The translations under genes were made by a program, and so were the position numbers. From Sulfolobales archaeon (GTDB taxonomy: Archaea > Thermoproteota > Thermoprotei_A > Sulfolobales > AG1): a DNA stretch of 64,000 nucleotides. The notes beneath the pieces are model-generated. The model ran no database searches, was not told where the DNA came from, and worked only from the letters and a program-made list of their open reading frames with translations. Positions 49,716-61,231 of this stretch are shown here, in pieces. Every line of letters starts with the position of its first letter. The first letter of the stretch is position 1. The stretch covers positions 288,001 to 352,000 of the forward strand of contig JAWBYA010000001.1 in assembly GCA_038867615.1 (NCBI GenBank), written 5' to 3'.

Positions 49716-50395
49716 CCAGGCCCCAGATCTAGTCCTGTTTTTGTACGCACGATCTCACAGAGCCTGGCCCAGGCGCCCTCCTCATCCCCCTTGAGAGCCA
49801 TTACCCTGAAGATCTGGTCTTTGAATACTTCCCTGTGGATCTCGATCCTGGTGTCAGCAGGTAAACCCTTCTCTCTCAAAGCGGATTTCATTTTGTAGAG
49901 GAGTTTGAGCATTATGTGAAGATCCTTCTGGCTGTCGAGGAACTTAGCAATCCTATCCCTAGCCTCCATAGACACTAGCGAGCTCTTGCCATCCGTATAT
50001 ATTGCGAACCTTATATCACCAGAAGATCCCTCGATCCCCATGCCGCACTGTGTTCTCCTAGCATCTCCAGCCAATATATATAGCTTTCTATACCTTCTAG
50101 CAAGATCTATCACCACACTATCGATCTCACGCTCATCGTTGAGGGCCGAGATCACTATGTCGGAGTCTCTTACAAGCTTCTCAAGCAGACCACGATCCCT
50201 AGCATCGCCTCTAAGGAGCTTTAGAGACTTATTGCTCCTCCCAAGAGCAATGATCTCTGGGGAGAATTCGAGCGAGAGCACAGTAACCTCAGCACCAGCA
50301 TCGAGAAACCTCTTAGACTTCTTATACCCCTCCTCACCCCCGCCTATGACAAGAACCCTCATACCCTCGACATCGACGAAAATAGGGAGTTTCAA
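49712..50395 (-). CDS. Precorrin-2 dehydrogenase / sirohydrochlorin ferrochelatase (SirC/CysG-N)
   Basis: LPIF, VLVIGGG, AIYTDGKS. Confidence 0.88.
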   Translation of the reverse strand: MKLPIFVDVEGMRVLVIGGGEEGYKKSKRFLDAGAEVTVLSLEFSPEIIALGRSNKSLKLLRGDARDRGLLEKLVRDSDIVISALNDEREIDSVVIDLARRYRKLYILAGDARRTQCGMGIEGSSGDIRFAIYTDGKSSLVSMEARDRIAKFLDSQKDLHIMLKLLYKMKSALREKGLPADTRIEIHREVFKDQIFRVMALKGDEEGAWARLCEIVRTKTGLDLGPG

Positions 50396-50727
50396 ACACC
50401 CACCGCGATCGATGCTATAGGTGCTTTAAAAAGATAGTGTAACGAGCTGTGGTTACACTTTGGGAAGGAGCAAGGCTTTTATACGATATACACTGCGAAA
50501 GACATTTCTGCTAATAGTGACAAGGATCTAGTGGGAGAGATTATAACACTCATTAAGATTTATCGAGATTTATAATGGAACCTGGGCGGTTTATCATGGC
50601 TTAACAGTGGTTCGTATGCCTTACGGTGTGGAGAGCCCTTATAGGCTGTGCATAAGTCCTGGGTGTAGGGAAAGGGTTTTGCGGCGATGTGCTCATAAGC
50701 CTTATGGGGATCTATTGTGTGGTTGGT

Positions 50728-51039
50728 ATGAAGCGGCTGGTTTTTAGGCTCAGCTATGCTGAGGGTATTCTTAAGGGTGAGAAGAAATCCACTATTAGGC
50801 TTAGATCGAACTATAGTGTTGGTGAGATAGTAGAGATCTATCTGGGTAGTGCGAGGGTTGGGAGGGCTATTATTAAGAGGATTGAGAAGAAGAGGCTCTC
50901 AGAGATCGATGATCAGGATGCTAGGATCGATGGTTTTAGGGATAGGACCGAGCTTCTCAAGGAGCTTAACAGGATCTATGGTAAGAAGATCCTGAGCAAG
51001 AACCCGGAGGTATATATTATCCATTTTGAACTCTTGTAA
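50728..51039 (+). CDS. ASCH domain protein
   Basis: ILKGEKKSTIR, DARIDGF. Confidence 0.88.
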   Translation: MKRLVFRLSYAEGILKGEKKSTIRLRSNYSVGEIVEIYLGSARVGRAIIKRIEKKRLSEIDDQDARIDGFRDRTELLKELNRIYGKKILSKNPEVYIIHFELL

Positions 51040-51053
51040 AGACGGTATCTATA

Positions 51054-51929
51054 TTGCTCGACATAGCCCTAGCTATCTTGGCATCAGCCCTCATAGCGTA
51101 TAACAACTCCGTGATAGTAGCTGGGCCCATGATATCTATTGGTGTTAGAAGAATATTTGCAAGGCTCGCCTCAGGCTTTTCAATAGCCTTGGGAGCCCTG
51201 ATCCTGGGATCCGCTATGAGGAGCTCCATAGCATGTGGTTCTGAGGCGGCTATCGAAGCCTATATCTCTGTAATACTCCCAACACTCCTATCAACGTATT
51301 TTTCAATACCATTCTCAGCATCGATAGGCCTTATAGGGGCTAGTATTGGTGAGGGGCTCTCCAAGGGGGCTCTGGATCCCTTATGGCTGGCCCAGGTCTC
51401 GTTATTATGGCTCCTCTCAGGGGTTTTTCTAATCATGATCAGCCTATCACTATACATAGCCCTTAGGAGGATCTTATCGCTACTCCAGGGCCAAATCTGG
51501 ATCCTGGGGTTCTCAAGGATCATCACCACAGTTATATCGATATTATCAGGAATCCTATTAGGTGCAAACACGCTGGGTTTCCTTAGCAGCCTAGAGTGCC
51601 ACAGACTATTACTCCCAATAGCCATTGGAGGATTAGTAGCAGCAATACCATCGCCAGCCCTCCTCGAAGGTGTTTTCAGATGGTTCTCCGTGAGGCATCT
51701 ATCTATAACATCAATAGGTCTCTCAATCGTGCTGGCAATATCTATAGCAACATACCTAGGACTACCCCTCTCACACACATACGCCTTGGTATTCTCACTC
51801 ATAGGCTACTCAATAGCTTCCGGGGTAAGCATGTTCTCAAGAAGATCTATCCTGAGGCTTGCCAGAACATGGATATACTCCCTAGCAGTAGGTATAGGGG
51901 TTACATTCATACTCGCACTTATAACCTAA
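51054..51929 (+). CDS. PiT-family inorganic phosphate transporter-like protein
   Basis: AYNN, IPFSAS, GANT, GLPLSHT repeats; highly hydrophobic. Confidence 0.72.
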   Translation: MLDIALAILASALIAYNNSVIVAGPMISIGVRRIFARLASGFSIALGALILGSAMRSSIACGSEAAIEAYISVILPTLLSTYFSIPFSASIGLIGASIGEGLSKGALDPLWLAQVSLLWLLSGVFLIMISLSLYIALRRILSLLQGQIWILGFSRIITTVISILSGILLGANTLGFLSSLECHRLLLPIAIGGLVAAIPSPALLEGVFRWFSVRHLSITSIGLSIVLAISIATYLGLPLSHTYALVFSLIGYSIASGVSMFSRRSILRLARTWIYSLAVGIGVTFILALIT

Positions 51930-51967
51930 CATAGAGCCCATGGCGAGCTCCAGACTTCATAGAAGCT

Positions 51968-52018
51968 AGCTCGGTATTAGCAGCTCATCCATCATCCTCG
52001 ATCTCGGGTCATCTTCGC
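51968..52018 (-). ncRNA. Possible degenerate C/D box sRNA
   Basis: AAGATGA-guide-ATGA-TGGATGA-guide-CCGA arrangement between convergent genes; boxes non-canonical. Confidence 0.3.
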
Positions 52019-52033
52019 TTAATTATCAGGACT

Positions 52034-53005
52034 TTACTCACGGTTAACCGGATATAGTGGTTTGTCTCCTCTAAGCACTCTTATAATCTCTTCAGCAGCT
52101 GTTACGGCGAGCTTTCTAGAAGTCTCTGCAGTGTAGCTAGCTGCATGTGGTGTTAGGATCACGTTGTCGAGCCTTGTCAGCTCATTATCGGGGGGTAAGG
52201 GTTCCTCCTCGAATACGTCTAGTGCTGCTCCTGCTATCCAGCCTTCTTTAAGGGCTCTTACTAGGGCTTTTGTATTTATCACAGCTCCTCTTGATGTGTT
52301 GACCAGATATGCTGTGGGTTTCATGAGCCTTAGCTCTTCCTCGTCTATCATGTACCTTGTCTCTTCTGTGAGTGGTGTGTGTATTGATACGAAGTCGGAT
52401 TCTCTTAAGAGATCCTCTAGGTTTTTGAACTCGATCCCGAGCTGCTCCTCAAGATCTTTTCTCCTAACTATATCATAGTACAGGATCTTCATGCCAAGGC
52501 ATCTCGCTCTCAAAGCAACCTCCCTCCCAACCCTCCCTAAACCAATGATCCCGAGCACTTTGCCCCAGAGATCAACCCCCATTAGGTTTTGAGGAGTCCC
52601 CAGAGATCTATACCATAACCCGCTCCTCGCATGCCTATCGAGAAGCGGGATCTTTCTCGCCAGCGAGAAGATCAAAGCAAGGGTATGCTCAGCAACAGCC
52701 ACAGAGTTCACCGGAGCTATTGTTACCCAGATCCCGCGGCGGGTTGCGGCCCTAACATCAACATTATCATAACCAACACCTACTCTAGCTATTATCCTCA
52801 GCCTCGGCGCGTTCTCAATAACCCTCTCAGTCACAGGCTCAACGCTCTTCACAACCATGAGGGCGTCGGCATCCCTAGCTAGTTCTACTAGCTCCTCCTC
52901 CGATGTGATCAGTCTTTTTGATATAACCACCTCGCCAACCTCTTCAAGGATCTTGATAGCTTCTGGGTGCGTGTTATATGTAACCACTATTCTATGCCTC
53001 TCCAC
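52034..53005 (-). CDS. D-2-hydroxyacid dehydrogenase (glyoxylate reductase-like)
   Basis: GVGYDNVD, GLGRVG, NTSRG, DVFEEEP, PHAAS; GTG start at 53005. Confidence 0.92.
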   Translation of the reverse strand: MERHRIVVTYNTHPEAIKILEEVGEVVISKRLITSEEELVELARDADALMVVKSVEPVTERVIENAPRLRIIARVGVGYDNVDVRAATRRGIWVTIAPVNSVAVAEHTLALIFSLARKIPLLDRHARSGLWYRSLGTPQNLMGVDLWGKVLGIIGLGRVGREVALRARCLGMKILYYDIVRRKDLEEQLGIEFKNLEDLLRESDFVSIHTPLTEETRYMIDEEELRLMKPTAYLVNTSRGAVINTKALVRALKEGWIAGAALDVFEEEPLPPDNELTRLDNVILTPHAASYTAETSRKLAVTAAEEIIRVLRGDKPLYPVNRE

Positions 53006-53126
53006 GTGGTTTCCCGAAGAGAATACCCTCAGCTCTCCTTTTAACTCATAGCGCGTGGATATAATGTTCTTACTCTTGCTCGGAAATAGCTTTAAGACCC
53101 TTATCATGATTATCACGGGGAATGGG

Positions 53127-53534
53127 TTGTTCTCGAGGATGGTTATAGGGTATGACGGTTCGGATCATTCTAGGAGGGCTCTTAGAATAGCAATAGATCT
53201 GGCGAAAAAATACGGCTCAGAGGTGTTGGTGGTAACGGTTATTGATGTCTCAACCGTGCCTGGCGATCCCAACGCGATCAGGATTGTTAGCGAGACTGCA
53301 AACCAGGTTGTTGCAGAGGCTTCGGAGATCCTTTCTAGAGAGGGTATACCCCATAGGACTTTCGTGAGGCAAGGAGATCCTAGTAGTGAGATTGTGAAGG
53401 TTGCTGATGAGAATAAAGCGGATCTTGTGGTTGTGGGTAGTAGGGGGCTTTCGAGCCTTAAGAGGATCATTCTTGGAAGCGTTTCTCAGGGCGTGCTAAA
53501 TAAGTCAAAGATCCCGGTTCTGGTGGTGAAATAG
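53127..53534 (+). CDS. Universal stress protein
   Basis: GYDGS, VVGSRG, LGSVS, PVLVVK. Confidence 0.93.
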   Translation: MFSRMVIGYDGSDHSRRALRIAIDLAKKYGSEVLVVTVIDVSTVPGDPNAIRIVSETANQVVAEASEILSREGIPHRTFVRQGDPSSEIVKVADENKADLVVVGSRGLSSLKRIILGSVSQGVLNKSKIPVLVVK

Positions 53535-53546
53535 ATCCTATGCGTT

Positions 53547-54311
53547 TTATGAAACCACGGATCTGAGCCTGAGGGCATATGCAGATATACATAGTATAGT
53601 TTGGGCTGTGAGATTAGCTATAGCTATGTAGATATATATAGGATCTATAGATATTACGCCTGAGTATGCTTGGAGCAAGAGGCTTGCGGAAGCCGTGGGA
53701 GGTATGATCCCCAGTATTCTTATGGATTCTGGCAGCATTGTTACAGGGTAATATACTGGTGGGAAGACCGATAAGCCTAAGCCCAGGATGCTTGCGAGGG
53801 GCCAGACAAGCCTCTCAGTTCTGATATATGTCGATATTAGAAACACCATGAATGAGACTGTTATCCAGAGCGCTGCTGTTAGTGCGACTATGAATACAAA
53901 GGCTAGTATGTCTCTCAAGAGCCCGAATATGTAGAGGAGGAGTATGAATCCAGCTATAGAGGGGGATCCCCAGATATATGCTGAGAGAGCTAGCCCGAGC
54001 ACGTATGCCCAGTACGGTGTGGGTGAGGCTAGGAACATCTCCTGGAGCTTGAGACTAGATCTATACCACACAATATCTCCGAGAAGACCGAATGTTGAGG
54101 AAGCCATGGAGAGGACAAGCCCTCCTATTAAAGCGTAGTTGATAGCATCATGCCTCCCTATAATGAGTATTAGGAAGAAGAACGAGAATGGTGAGAGGAA
54201 GGACGATACAACCCACAGGGGGTTGTTCCTCATCGGTATATATCCATTGAATATCGAGAGCCAGAGCAGCGATCTAAGGCTCCTCATACTCACCATAAAA
54301 CCCACCCTCAC
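53547..54311 (-). CDS. ABC-2 type exporter permease
   Basis: Six TM segments, PPVYYP; downstream of the ATPase. Confidence 0.8.
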   Translation of the reverse strand: MRVGFMVSMRSLRSLLWLSIFNGYIPMRNNPLWVVSSFLSPFSFFFLILIIGRHDAINYALIGGLVLSMASSTFGLLGDIVWYRSSLKLQEMFLASPTPYWAYVLGLALSAYIWGSPSIAGFILLLYIFGLLRDILAFVFIVALTAALWITVSFMVFLISTYIRTERLVWPLASILGLGLSVFPPVYYPVTMLPESIRILGIIPPTASASLLLQAYSGVISIDPIYIYIAIANLTAQTILCISAYALRLRSVVS

Positions 54312-55194
54312 CTATGATTAGAACATCAGCCACCCCAACAGGCCTTACCCTAGCCTTACCACCATTTCTAACAACCCTCGCCAAGCTCCTCTCAGCATCA
54401 ACCTCATCTCTATAGTAGGCAATAACCACACCTCCTCCTATCCTCACAACCATATCGCCATCAACCCCCATAGATCCGTTGCCATAGACCTCAACAACCC
54501 TGGAGAAACCTAGCCCCTCTATAACACTCCTAACAGGGCCCTGGGAAACAACCCTCCCAGAGCTCATCGCAACGACGTAGTCGGCTATAGCCTCAACCTC
54601 CTCAGGGTTATGGCTTGTCATAACGATAGTGGATCCAGAGCCCTTGATCCTTAGGAGGGAGTTCCAGAAACCCCTCCTCGATATAGGGTCAAGCCCTGAG
54701 GTGGGCTCGTCGAGGAAAATCAGATCTGCTTCCGATGCTATGGCGGCGGCTGCAACAACCCTCTGCTGGTTTCCTAGCGAGAGCTCGTGGCACCTGGTAT
54801 TCATAACCTCTCTTAACCCGAGCTCGGTGAGGATCTCCTTGGCTCTTCTTCTAGCTTCGCCCCACGGGGCTCCCCTGTATGCTAGGTATGTTGATACAAA
54901 CTGTAGGGGTGTTGAGAAGCCCGGTGGGAGGCTTCCCTGGGGCATCACGGCTATTCTGCTTCTAACACGCTCGGCGTCTCTTGTAACATCTATCCCCAGG
55001 GTCTCTATATAGCCTCTCGTGGGTTTTAGAAGACCTGAGGCTATCCTTATAAATGTTGTTTTGCCAGCGCCGTTTCTACCAACTAGGGCTGTTATCCCTC
55101 CACAGGGTATCTCTATGGAGACTCCTTTGAGGGCTTCGACACCGCCTCTAAAGATCTTGACGAGGTCTCTTGATACCACGCACGGCATAGTCAA
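54274..55194 (-). CDS. ABC exporter ATP-binding protein
   Basis: GRNGAGKT, LSLGN, LDEPTSGLD, TSH. Confidence 0.92.
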   Translation of the reverse strand: MTMPCVVSRDLVKIFRGGVEALKGVSIEIPCGGITALVGRNGAGKTTFIRIASGLLKPTRGYIETLGIDVTRDAERVRSRIAVMPQGSLPPGFSTPLQFVSTYLAYRGAPWGEARRRAKEILTELGLREVMNTRCHELSLGNQQRVVAAAAIASEADLIFLDEPTSGLDPISRRGFWNSLLRIKGSGSTIVMTSHNPEEVEAIADYVVAMSSGRVVSQGPVRSVIEGLGFSRVVEVYGNGSMGVDGDMVVRIGGGVVIAYYRDEVDAERSLARVVRNGGKARVRPVGVADVLIIGEGGFYGEYEEP

Positions 55195-55285
55195 GCCTCG
55201 CTTATGACTATATTATTATGCCTACGGAGGAAATATCCAAAAACCCGGTAGGATCGCGGTTTATGTCTAAAGCTATACTGCTTAG

Positions 55286-57502
55286 CTATGGTCCGAGGAA
55301 CTCGTCGGGCTTTGGAGGCTCTGGTTTTAGACCCTTTCTCTCTCTAATCCTTCTCACAAGATCGGGGAGTAGGTTGTCGGGAACAGGTGTCCACTTGCTA
55401 AACTCTGTACCCCATATGGCTCTTCCAGAGGTGACGCTTCTGAGCAGTGCTGCTAGATCCATGCTCTCAGCTATCGGGATCTCGGATATAACCCTCACCC
55501 AGTTGCCATAGAGCTCCACAACATCTATTATCTTCCCTCTCTTCTTGCTAATAACTCCTGTGACTTCTCCTATATAGTCCGACGGGATCTTTATATCGAC
55601 TTTCTGAAGAGGCTCTAGGAGGGTTGGTTTTGAGAGGAGCATCCCAGCATATATTGGGTTCCTTGTTGCTGGGTATAGCTGTGCAGGTCCTCTGTGGGCT
55701 GGATCCTCGTGGATCACTGCGTCGTGTAGGATAACCTTGACACCCCTCACAGGCTCTCTAGCCAATGGCCCTTCTCTCATGGCTAGTCTGAAGCCCTGGA
55801 TAATTGTGTCCTTAACCTCTCTCAGGTGCTGGACACCGCTTGTCATGTCTACGAATACGTTTATGTTCTCATCTATAGCCCATATCCTTCTAGCCTCGTC
55901 GTAGTCCCACGAAGCCTTGTCCCTCAGGATCTTAGCCCTCTCCCTCGGATCCTGGTCCTCTGTGATCTCTCCAGACGCTATGAGGGCTATTGTCTCGTTG
56001 TTAAGGGGTTCGACGCTTATGTAGAGCTTGTTATGCTTATTGGGGGACTTGCCCTCGAGGACCTGGCTCTTAGACCTAATGCTCTCCCTATACACTATAA
56101 GGGGTTGTGAGGTTACCACCTCTAATCCGTAGTTCTCTTTGAGGAGTGTTAGGGCGACCTCTAGGTGGACATAACCCATCCCTGATAATAGATACTCTCC
56201 CGTCTCCTCGTTGATCCTGAGGATCAGGTTTGGATCCTCTATGGTGAGCTTCCTAAGAGCATCGATCATCTTTGTCAACTCGGCAGGGTTCTTGGGCTCG
56301 AGGGCTATGGTTACAACTGGCTCCGATATATAGGAGATCTTCTCGAAGGGAACCATGGAGTCCTTGAACCTGGGGTCTACGATGGTCTCTCCAGACCTAG
56401 CCCTATCAAGCCCGAGCACCGCGGCTATGTTGCCAACAGGTATCTTCCCAGCCTGCTCCCTGAATGGCCCCATATATAGCCCTACCTGGAGTGCTCTCTG
56501 GGTAGTCTTTGAGTTGACTAGGTAGAGCTCGTTACCCTCCTCAAGTACTCCTGAGAGTATCCTGCCTGTGGCTACAAAGCCGGCATGGGGGTCGTGCCTC
56601 ATATCGTTTATCAGGAATACTACGGGGCCGTTGGGGTCTGCTTCAATCATTGCCCTGCCGATCTCTGAATCGAGGGGTCCTCTCCAGATCTTCGGTATTC
56701 TGTACTTCTGAGCCTCTTTCGGGTTGGGTACATGCTTTATAACCATTTCCAATATAGCCTCGTGTATTGGTATCTTCTTCTGCATAGCCTCTATAACATC
56801 TCTCTTGCCGCCCTCATAGGCTGCGATCAGGTCTGGGATCTTGACGCCCTTCCTCTGGCTATATGGTATTGTGAGCCCTATCTTATCCCTCGCGGCTCCG
56901 AATGCTACATGGCCCTTAACAGGATCTATCTTCCACGCCTGCTTAAACTCGGGCTCTGCGTAGGTCTCTATCAAGTTGTTGATCTCCTTGATTATCTGGA
57001 CAAACCTACCCTGGATCTCCTGGGGGCTCATCCTCAGCTCCCTTATAAGCCTATCGATCTTGTTTATGAAGAGGAGAGGCCTAACCCTCTCCTCAAGAGC
57101 CTGTCTAAGCACTGTCTCGGTTTGTGTCATGACTCCCTCGACAGCATCGACAACCACTATAGCTCCATCAAGAACCCTCAGGCTTCTGGAGACCTTGCCG
57201 CTGAAGTCAACGTGTCCGGGAGTGTCTATGAGGTTGATCACGTAGGGTTTTCCCTCGAACTCGAAGTAAAGGCTAATGTTAGCAGCCTTAACGGTAATGC
57301 CTCTCTGCTGCTCCACGGTGAGGTAGTCCATGGCTAAGACCTCTCCAGCGAGCTTCTCTGAGATGATCCCGGCGGCTGCTAGTAGCGTGTCGGTGAGGGT
57401 TGTTTTGCCATGGTCAACATGGGCTATGATACCTATGTTCCTAACCTGCTCTGGGTTACCAAGGATCTTGAGGATCTGCTCAACCGTCTTGTATCTCGGC
57501 AA
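55286..57502 (-). CDS. fusA: Elongation factor 2
   Basis: [32 protein letters not shown] diphthamide site. Confidence 0.97.
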   Translation of the reverse strand: MPRYKTVEQILKILGNPEQVRNIGIIAHVDHGKTTLTDTLLAAAGIISEKLAGEVLAMDYLTVEQQRGITVKAANISLYFEFEGKPYVINLIDTPGHVDFSGKVSRSLRVLDGAIVVVDAVEGVMTQTETVLRQALEERVRPLLFINKIDRLIRELRMSPQEIQGRFVQIIKEINNLIETYAEPEFKQAWKIDPVKGHVAFGAARDKIGLTIPYSQRKGVKIPDLIAAYEGGKRDVIEAMQKKIPIHEAILEMVIKHVPNPKEAQKYRIPKIWRGPLDSEIGRAMIEADPNGPVVFLINDMRHDPHAGFVATGRILSGVLEEGNELYLVNSKTTQRALQVGLYMGPFREQAGKIPVGNIAAVLGLDRARSGETIVDPRFKDSMVPFEKISYISEPVVTIALEPKNPAELTKMIDALRKLTIEDPNLILRINEETGEYLLSGMGYVHLEVALTLLKENYGLEVVTSQPLIVYRESIRSKSQVLEGKSPNKHNKLYISVEPLNNETIALIASGEITEDQDPRERAKILRDKASWDYDEARRIWAIDENINVFVDMTSGVQHLREVKDTIIQGFRLAMREGPLAREPVRGVKVILHDAVIHEDPAHRGPAQLYPATRNPIYAGMLLSKPTLLEPLQKVDIKIPSDYIGEVTGVISKKRGKIIDVVELYGNWVRVISEIPIAESMDLAALLRSVTSGRAIWGTEFSKWTPVPDNLLPDLVRRIRERKGLKPEPPKPDEFLGP

Positions 57503-57598
57503 CCTTTACCTCCACGTGATATATTGATATCAAACTATATAGGATTAACGTTCATAAACCTCAGCCTCGAGATCATAGACCGGTTAGGGATGACTCAG

Positions 57599-59392
57599 CT
57601 AGCTCCTAGGTAGCTTTAGGATTCTAGAGGCTATGTTGCTAATGATTAGGGATAGAATGATCACGATCGAGAGGGTTAGTATTAGCATTGATGAGGCTCT
57701 GTGGATGAGCAGTGGATCATATACCAGGAGGCTAGCGATCACAGGGGTTATTGGGGATGGATGTGTGCTGGACACTGCCGGGCTTCCTATTAGGATTAGG
57801 CTTGTGCTCACCTCGGTCATAACATGGATCGATGTTATTACGAGGCCAACACTAACGGATCTAAAGATCATTGGGAACCCTATACCCCACATGGTTCTCA
57901 CAACACCCGATCCTAGGTTGAATGAGGCCTCCTCATAAGATCTTGGGATGCTTTGTAGAGACGCCTCAAGAGGTCTTACCATATATGGGAGCCTCCTAAT
58001 GGTATAGCTCATCACGAGATAGATCCAGGGGGTATATACAGGATCTATAGGCATACCCCTTGCAACGCTGTGGAAAAGCTGGTAGTAGGCTATGCCAATA
58101 GCCACGCCAGGGATCACGAGGGGGGCTATGGATAAAGCCTCTATGGCTGTAGCCACGCCTCCTCCGAACCTCATCGAGGCGTAGGCTGAGAAATACCCAA
58201 GGATCAATATTAGGATGGATGCTACGAGTGTATAGACCACAGTATTGATCATGGCTCTTTGGTAGTATGGGGATACCAATACATCTATATAGTTATCAAG
58301 CCAGGCGAGGGATGGTGATGTGCTGAGGAACCAGCCCTTTGTGACGGAGTAGAGGAGAACCATTATGTTGGGTGCTAGGGAGATTATGAGCAGTATTGAT
58401 GCGAAGATCCTTAGCAACGATCCCTTAATCCCCCCTACCTCTATATAGATTCCCTTGAACGAGACCACGCCAAGCCTTGATATTGATAGATACCTATAGA
58501 GCGGTATGAGCATAGCTATGGTTATTATAAGCATTACGAACACGAACGAGGCTATCCTAGGACTAACCTGGTAGCCATACTCAGAGATAAAGCCTATATA
58601 TGCTTGGTAGGATAAGAGGTTCCTCGCAGCATTATGCCTGCTAAAGGTCAGGGGGCCTACGAGATCCTCTATAGATAGTATGAAGATCAGGGACCAGACG
58701 GCTATTATAGCTGGCCTCATGATCGGTATAAGGATCCTCGTTATAGTAGCCCTAGCCCCCGCACCAAGGTTCCACGAAGCCTCTATAAGCCCCCTATCTA
58801 TGCTCTCAGCATAGGAGAGGAGGAAGAGGTGGGCTAGGGGGAGGAAGTGTATGATCTGGTAGAGGGCTATGCCGGCGAGACCATCTATAGCTATTCTGAA
58901 CCCCATGCCGAGAGAGCCTAGAACTATGTTCACTATCCCCAGATCCCTGTGGAAAAGATGGATCACGACATAGGCTGATAGAAACGGCATGGGTATCGAT
59001 GCCAAGAGGGGTAAGAGGTAGCCGAAGAACCACCTAGCCCTAGACATGCTTAGAGAAGCTATAACAGTGACCATGGATAGGAGTATCACGACAAGCGATA
59101 CTAGTGTTGAGAGTAGGAGGGAGTTCACCACCGGTCCGTAGTCAGCCCCTGTTATATATATGAGCACGTAGCCTGGATAGTTATAAACGGTATATAGCTC
59201 CCCATCAGGCGGTATCTTAACGCTGGTAAGGATCTCTAACATCTGCTGGAGATCTATGCTTGATGTGAGCAGATACACTATGGGGAGGACAAGCATGAAG
59301 ATCATTACCAGTAAGAGAACCAGGGATATGATCTCCCTCTCACCGACTCGTAGCACCGATCTCCAAGCCTCTCTAACCACTATACCCCACAT
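57599..59392 (-). CDS. Fe3+/thiamine-type ABC permease (duplicated)
   Basis: Two EAA loops (IEASWNLGA, EEASFNLGS). Confidence 0.87.
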   Translation of the reverse strand: MWGIVVREAWRSVLRVGEREIISLVLLLVMIFMLVLPIVYLLTSSIDLQQMLEILTSVKIPPDGELYTVYNYPGYVLIYITGADYGPVVNSLLLSTLVSLVVILLSMVTVIASLSMSRARWFFGYLLPLLASIPMPFLSAYVVIHLFHRDLGIVNIVLGSLGMGFRIAIDGLAGIALYQIIHFLPLAHLFLLSYAESIDRGLIEASWNLGAGARATITRILIPIMRPAIIAVWSLIFILSIEDLVGPLTFSRHNAARNLLSYQAYIGFISEYGYQVSPRIASFVFVMLIITIAMLIPLYRYLSISRLGVVSFKGIYIEVGGIKGSLLRIFASILLIISLAPNIMVLLYSVTKGWFLSTSPSLAWLDNYIDVLVSPYYQRAMINTVVYTLVASILILILGYFSAYASMRFGGGVATAIEALSIAPLVIPGVAIGIAYYQLFHSVARGMPIDPVYTPWIYLVMSYTIRRLPYMVRPLEASLQSIPRSYEEASFNLGSGVVRTMWGIGFPMIFRSVSVGLVITSIHVMTEVSTSLILIGSPAVSSTHPSPITPVIASLLVYDPLLIHRASSMLILTLSIVIILSLIISNIASRILKLPRS

Positions 59393-59508
59393 CTCCTAAC
59401 AGATCCTAGAGATGACATAAATAGCTAGCAAAAGCTTTGAGATGAGGTGCTGCTTCTCGCATGCTCCGCGGACGATGATCTGTTTCCTGCTATCAGAACT
59501 CTAGAGCT

Positions 59509-60861
59509 CTATCCACCCAGGTTTCTGAGTATAGAGCTATACCTCTCGATCGCTGCCTTTTTCACAGCGCTCTTGAAGAGATCGGCTTCTTGAGAGCTTC
59601 TAAGCATGTCGTTGATCTTAGAGGCGAATTCTTTTGTGAACACGTTCTTCGCCCCCTTATAGTCGATCTCGAGGGGTGATCCGAGCCTTGCTACTAGGGC
59701 TTCGAGATCTCTGCTTGATATAGAGCCGTTCAGGTAGAGGGAGACCGCTTTACTCCATATTTTCTTTAACAGTGTATTGGCATCTGAATCCGCTATCGCT
59801 GCTTCGAAGTAATATACTGCTGAGAGCTCCCATTTAGAGGAGTCCTCGGGATCGTATGGGTATATGTTGCCAGAGGCTTTTCTATATATATCCTCTAGGG
59901 GTGTGCCTTTGGGTAGCTGGTATGGTAGGTAGTAGAATAGCTCGGCAAGCGCTTTCTGCCCCTCATCGCTTAATAACCAGAGTATGAATGCCTCTGCGGC
60001 TTCTTTATTCTTTGTATTCTTGGCAATCGCCACGGGGCTTATATCTGGTAGCAACCCCTGTGTGGCTATAACGAACTCTGCTTTGCCCCCGCTTGCGTTG
60101 ACAGCCCTTAGCCCGTATATGAGTACGGTTGGGGCTGCGCCAGAGATCCCTGTGGCTACATCGTCTCTAGCCTTCTCAGAGCTCTCAACGATCTTTGAGT
60201 TAGCACCTATTATTGTTAATATCTGCCACCCTCTATCCCATCCATATTTCTGTAGTATTAGCTGTAGGGTTCTTGCGGCTGTTGTGCTTTTCGAGGGCAT
60301 TGGGAAGGATACTGCTGGGTCTCCCTTTAATAGTGAGGCTGAGAAGGCGGGGCTTGCGAGATCCTCCCAGGATGATGGCTTTGGTAATGAGTATCTAGAG
60401 AGATAATCGTTATTGATTGTGAAGCTGAATATTGTTCTCGAGACAGAGATGAAGCAGACGTTCCCCTTACTATCCCTATAGATCTCCGCACCTATGCTGC
60501 TAGCCCTCGATATGACCTCTCTGCCTGTTATTGGTTCTAGATAGCCGTCTCTACAGAGGGAGTTGTAGACAGCATAGCCGCCTATTAGGAATACATCGAC
60601 AGCCCCGCTCTCTACAAAGGATCTCCATTTGCCTACATCCTCTTTCCTGAACTCTATATCCTTGATCCCGTATTTAGCTGCTATATCGCTTTTAAGAAAC
60701 CTCTCTCTCAGAGCGCTACCTTCTTCAGGGGCTAGTCTTGTCACGACAACAAGCTTGACCTCTCTCCCCTGCTGGGTCATGATCTGTGGGGCTAGTAGGG
60801 CTAGCAAGATCCCGGCTATCGCTATGATCGATACCACTGCGACAAGGATCCTCTTCCTCAA
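59509..60861 (-). CDS. Fe3+-type ABC substrate-binding protein
   Basis: N-terminal anchor, PSSWEDL, PSKSTT, AFILWLLSDEGQ. Confidence 0.85.
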   Translation of the reverse strand: MRKRILVAVVSIIAIAGILLALLAPQIMTQQGREVKLVVVTRLAPEEGSALRERFLKSDIAAKYGIKDIEFRKEDVGKWRSFVESGAVDVFLIGGYAVYNSLCRDGYLEPITGREVISRASSIGAEIYRDSKGNVCFISVSRTIFSFTINNDYLSRYSLPKPSSWEDLASPAFSASLLKGDPAVSFPMPSKSTTAARTLQLILQKYGWDRGWQILTIIGANSKIVESSEKARDDVATGISGAAPTVLIYGLRAVNASGGKAEFVIATQGLLPDISPVAIAKNTKNKEAAEAFILWLLSDEGQKALAELFYYLPYQLPKGTPLEDIYRKASGNIYPYDPEDSSKWELSAVYYFEAAIADSDANTLLKKIWSKAVSLYLNGSISSRDLEALVARLGSPLEIDYKGAKNVFTKEFASKINDMLRSSQEADLFKSAVKKAAIERYSSILRNLGG

Positions 60862-60943
60862 GACAGACCCCTCGTGAAATTGTATAGGGGGTTTTAAGGC
60901 TATTATAGAAATGCTATAGAGTGGATTAAAAAAGCCTAAAAAA

Positions 60944-61231
60944 TTAGTCTTTCCTAGCTACTGTTATCTCTATTGTGGATACTCTGGAGGTTCTCCCGCC
61001 TTCTCTGGTTACTTCTTGGCTCCCGATCGATATTCCGGCGACTGTTAGCTTGTCCTTGAGGAACCTGCTCCTCAGGATCTCTACTGTATCTACAGCCTTG
61101 CTTATAGCCCTGCCCCTGGCTTTTATAACAACCTTATCCATGCCCTGGTTAAACAGGGTCAGGGTTGCTAGGACATAGTTTATAGCTGGTTTTTTACCTA
61201 CTAGAACTACGTTTGTTGCCTGCTGTGCCAT
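60944..61231 (-). CDS. albA: DNA/RNA-binding protein Alba
   Basis: [23 protein letters not shown]. Confidence 0.96.
   Translation of the reverse strand: MAQQATNVVLVGKKPAINYVLATLTLFNQGMDKVVIKARGRAISKAVDTVEILRSRFLKDKLTVAGISIGSQEVTREGGRTSRVSTIEITVARKD

Noticed and set aside
59438-59497. C/D-like arrangement GAGATGA...ACGATGA...CAGA
   Set aside because: All boxes are non-canonical and there is no clear D' box, so it cannot be supported.
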